Positions 25,107 through 26,658 of a stretch of DNA of 26,658 bases are shown here, piece after piece (position 1 is the first letter of the stretch; every line of letters starts with the position of its first letter). Both the position numbers and the translations under genes were made by a program. Origin of the DNA: Candidatus Binatota bacterium (GTDB taxonomy: Bacteria; Desulfobacterota; Binatia; Bin18); NCBI GenBank assembly GCA_011523315.1, contig WTHE01000457.1, forward strand, positions 1 to 26,658, read 5' to 3'. The notes beneath the pieces were generated by a model. It had not been told where the DNA came from. It made no database searches and saw nothing but the letters and a program-made list of their open reading frames with translations.

Positions 25107-26188
25107 TTCGAGTCCGTGCGGTCTGCGTTGAGCAAGTCCTGCAAACCCGAGGCGAACAGCCCGGCGACGCTGTGGGCGATCAACTCGGGCAGCTCGTGCG
25201 GCCGACAGCCGGAAGCCGCAGGGTGGCCACCGCCGCCGAACATTTGGGCCAGCTTGGACAGGTCAGCCCGGCAGTCCGGAGAGCGGCGTAAACTGATCCC
25301 CCCGTTTTTGCGATCATAGAAGACAAAGACGGTATTGGTCGCCTGTTTGCCCCAGCTGTCCCCGATTTCGCTCGGATAGCCGTCACACACCGCGCAGACC
25401 AAGCTGCTGCCGTCCGGCCCCACCCGCCGGACTCTGCTGCGTTGGGCCAGGGCGAAACTGTCTTTGATCTCGCGGGTCGATTGCTCGTAGGCCGCCTGCA
25501 TGGCCGGGCTGTAGGTGACGTCGGCGTCAATATCGAGCAGGGCGTGGTAGGCGTCGAGATTGTCGTCGTCGGTGCCGGCCAGGGTGCTGACGGTCAAGGC
25601 CAGCTCACGCGACCCGGGGATGGCGTGTATCCACCGGTCGTTGTCATCGGCCTGGGCCACAACCGGCGCAAAGGCGCGAAACGCCTCGTTGGTTTTGCCG
25701 CTGGCGTCCAGCTGCCGCTCCAGATATTCGTACACCAGGCGGGCGCCCGACACGGCCTCGTTCAGCTCATAGTCGGTGAAAGGCGCATGAATCGCCCCAC
25801 TGGCATGCCGGGCGATAGCCGTCCGGTGGTGGTCGAACCAGTACAGCTTGACGCCCTTGGTCGCGAGTTGTCGCAGGTGGGCGTTGGTCGCTTCCTCGGT
25901 CCACGAAATATCGGTGATCCACACCTCGCTGCCCGCCGGGGTGTGCTCCGGGCTGATTGAGCACAGCACCTGATCAATGCGGCTATTCGAGGCAAAGCGG
26001 GGAATCAGCCGAGCCCCGTCCCGGTAGCGGGCAACCGCCACCGCTGCGGCTACGCCGTCCAGACAGCCTGGACCGTGACTGACGATATAGACGCACGGAG
26101 CGCCGGATTCGGGACTGTTTACGCGTTGCATAGGGGGTGTATTATCGGGTGCCTCGACCCGGACTGCGGCCCGGGCCGGGTATGTCAT
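25103..26188 (-). CDS. DHH/DHHA1-family phosphoesterase (NrnB/oligoribonuclease-like)
   Basis: SHGPGCLDG, ITDIS, FDHH, DDNDRW, SLR and GGGGHPAASG motifs. Start placed at ATG 26188, just after the upstream small ORF; 26131 is also possible. Convergent 4-nt overlap with xth. Confidence 0.85.
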   Translation of the reverse strand: MTYPARAAVRVEAPDNTPPMQRVNSPESGAPCVYIVSHGPGCLDGVAAAVAVARYRDGARLIPRFASNSRIDQVLCSISPEHTPAGSEVWITDISWTEEATNAHLRQLATKGVKLYWFDHHRTAIARHASGAIHAPFTDYELNEAVSGARLVYEYLERQLDASGKTNEAFRAFAPVVAQADDNDRWIHAIPGSRELALTVSTLAGTDDDNLDAYHALLDIDADVTYSPAMQAAYEQSTREIKDSFALAQRSRVRRVGPDGSSLVCAVCDGYPSEIGDSWGKQATNTVFVFYDRKNGGISLRRSPDCRADLSKLAQMFGGGGHPAASGCRPHELPELIAHSVAGLFASGLQDLLNADRTDSN

Positions 26189-26201
26189 GGGCTGGCGCAG
26201 C

Positions 26202-26375
26202 TCAGCGGGTCCGAACGGTGTAATCGCACGATTTGCTCTCGCACGCCCAGTAGAAGCCTTTCTTCGAACCAAAACCCGCGTACTGGACAACCCGAGCGCT
26301 TTCTTTACACACTGGACAGGGGCGTTTGTGCTGCGAATCTTTGTCTTTTCTGGCGCCTCTTCCTCTTTCGGCCAT
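26202..26375 (-). CDS. 57-aa basic four-cysteine (zinc-ribbon-like) protein, not in the ORF track
   Basis: My translation: MAERGRGARKDKDSQHKRPCPVCKESARVVQYAGFGSKKGFYWACESKSCDYTVRTR*. SD AGGAGGA lies 5 nt before the ATG, with a promoter upstream. Confidence 0.8.
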   Translation of the reverse strand: MAERGRGARKDKDSQHKRPCPVCKESARVVQYAGFGSKKGFYWACESKSCDYTVRTR

Positions 26376-26410
26376 GGGTTTCCTCCTGATGTCCAGGGAC
26401 GGACTGTCTC

Positions 26411-26439
26411 AGCATACGCATCTCGACCACGTCTGCCAA
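26411..26439 (-). promoter_or_regulatory. Sigma70-type promoter for the small four-Cys ORF and DHH gene
   Basis: Minus strand TTGGCA (26439-26434), 17-bp spacer, TATGCT (26416-26411). Confidence 0.55.
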
Positions 26440-26477
26440 GCCCGCCCGCATCGCTTGCCGACGGGTGACGTGGTCCT

Positions 26478-26502
26478 TGTCACACCGCGACCGGGTGTGA
26501 CA
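26478..26502. promoter_or_regulatory. 9-bp inverted repeat TGTCACACC-N7-GGTGTGACA, candidate operator
   Basis: Arms at 26478-26486 and 26494-26502, 10 nt upstream of ATG 26513. The function is inferred. Confidence 0.4.
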
Positions 26503-26512
26503 CAACAGGCCC

Positions 26513-26658
26513 ATGCTGGTTGATGGCCATGATCTCGTCCAGGCGCTGTTTCGGTGGCTGCATATCCTGGCCGGCGTGACGTGGATCGGTCTGCTGTATT
26601 TCTTGACTTTCATCCATGTCCGACTCAGCCCCGCGCTCCGCAGCCAGCTGCTCTCTCA
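26513..26658 (+). CDS. Membrane protein resembling the N-terminus of the urate hydroxylase PuuD family (3'-truncated by window edge)
   Basis: My translation: MLVDGHDLVQALFRWLHILAGVTWIGLLYFLTFIHVRLSPALRSQLLS... The RWLHxxAGxxWIG pattern is recognisable, but only 48 codons are visible. Confidence 0.5.
   Translation, partial: MLVDGHDLVQALFRWLHILAGVTWIGLLYFLTFIHVRLSPALRSQLLS

Noticed and set aside
26189-26290. N-terminal extension of the DHH ORF given by the track (start 26290), and similar extensions for tsaB, mtnP, UXS, epimerase, gspE, dsrE and metW
   Set aside because: The extensions overlap neighbouring genes (here the 57-aa ORF), lack family similarity and lack RBSs. Downstream starts fit better.

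Overview
High-GC bacterial chromosomal window with no rRNA, tRNA, CRISPR array, transposase or integrase recognised. The gene order looks deltaproteobacterial-like; this is inference only. The left 16.5 kb is a continuous plus-strand housekeeping run: cdsA (partial), rseP, tsaB, sucC, sucD, a 40-aa-repeat TPR protein, ndk, rlmN, mtnP, a GT2 glycosyltransferase, ugd, UDP-glucuronate decarboxylase, an NAD-dependent epimerase, lepA, lepB and a GspE/PilB ATPase. The run ends abruptly at a triplication of the last 12-15 nt of gspE. The most interesting part follows (16.55-22.9 kb). A minus-strand operon encodes a DsrE-family CxxC protein, a TusA-like sulfur-carrier domain fused to a single-domain cobalamin-independent methionine-synthase-like zinc enzyme, a sulfite-oxidase-fold domain lacking the Mo-ligating Cys, and a Nudix hydrolase. 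It is transcribed back-to-back with metY-metX-metW. I propose, as inference, that this is a sulfur-relay-coupled methionine or thiol-alkylation system. The right end carries a DyP peroxidase with its own promoter and terminator, an orphan yidD, xth, and a DHH/DHHA1 phosphoesterase. It also carries a 57-aa four-cysteine protein missed by the ORF track (with promoter and RBS) and the start of a PuuD-like membrane protein. All calls come from motif recognition by eye; no searches were run.
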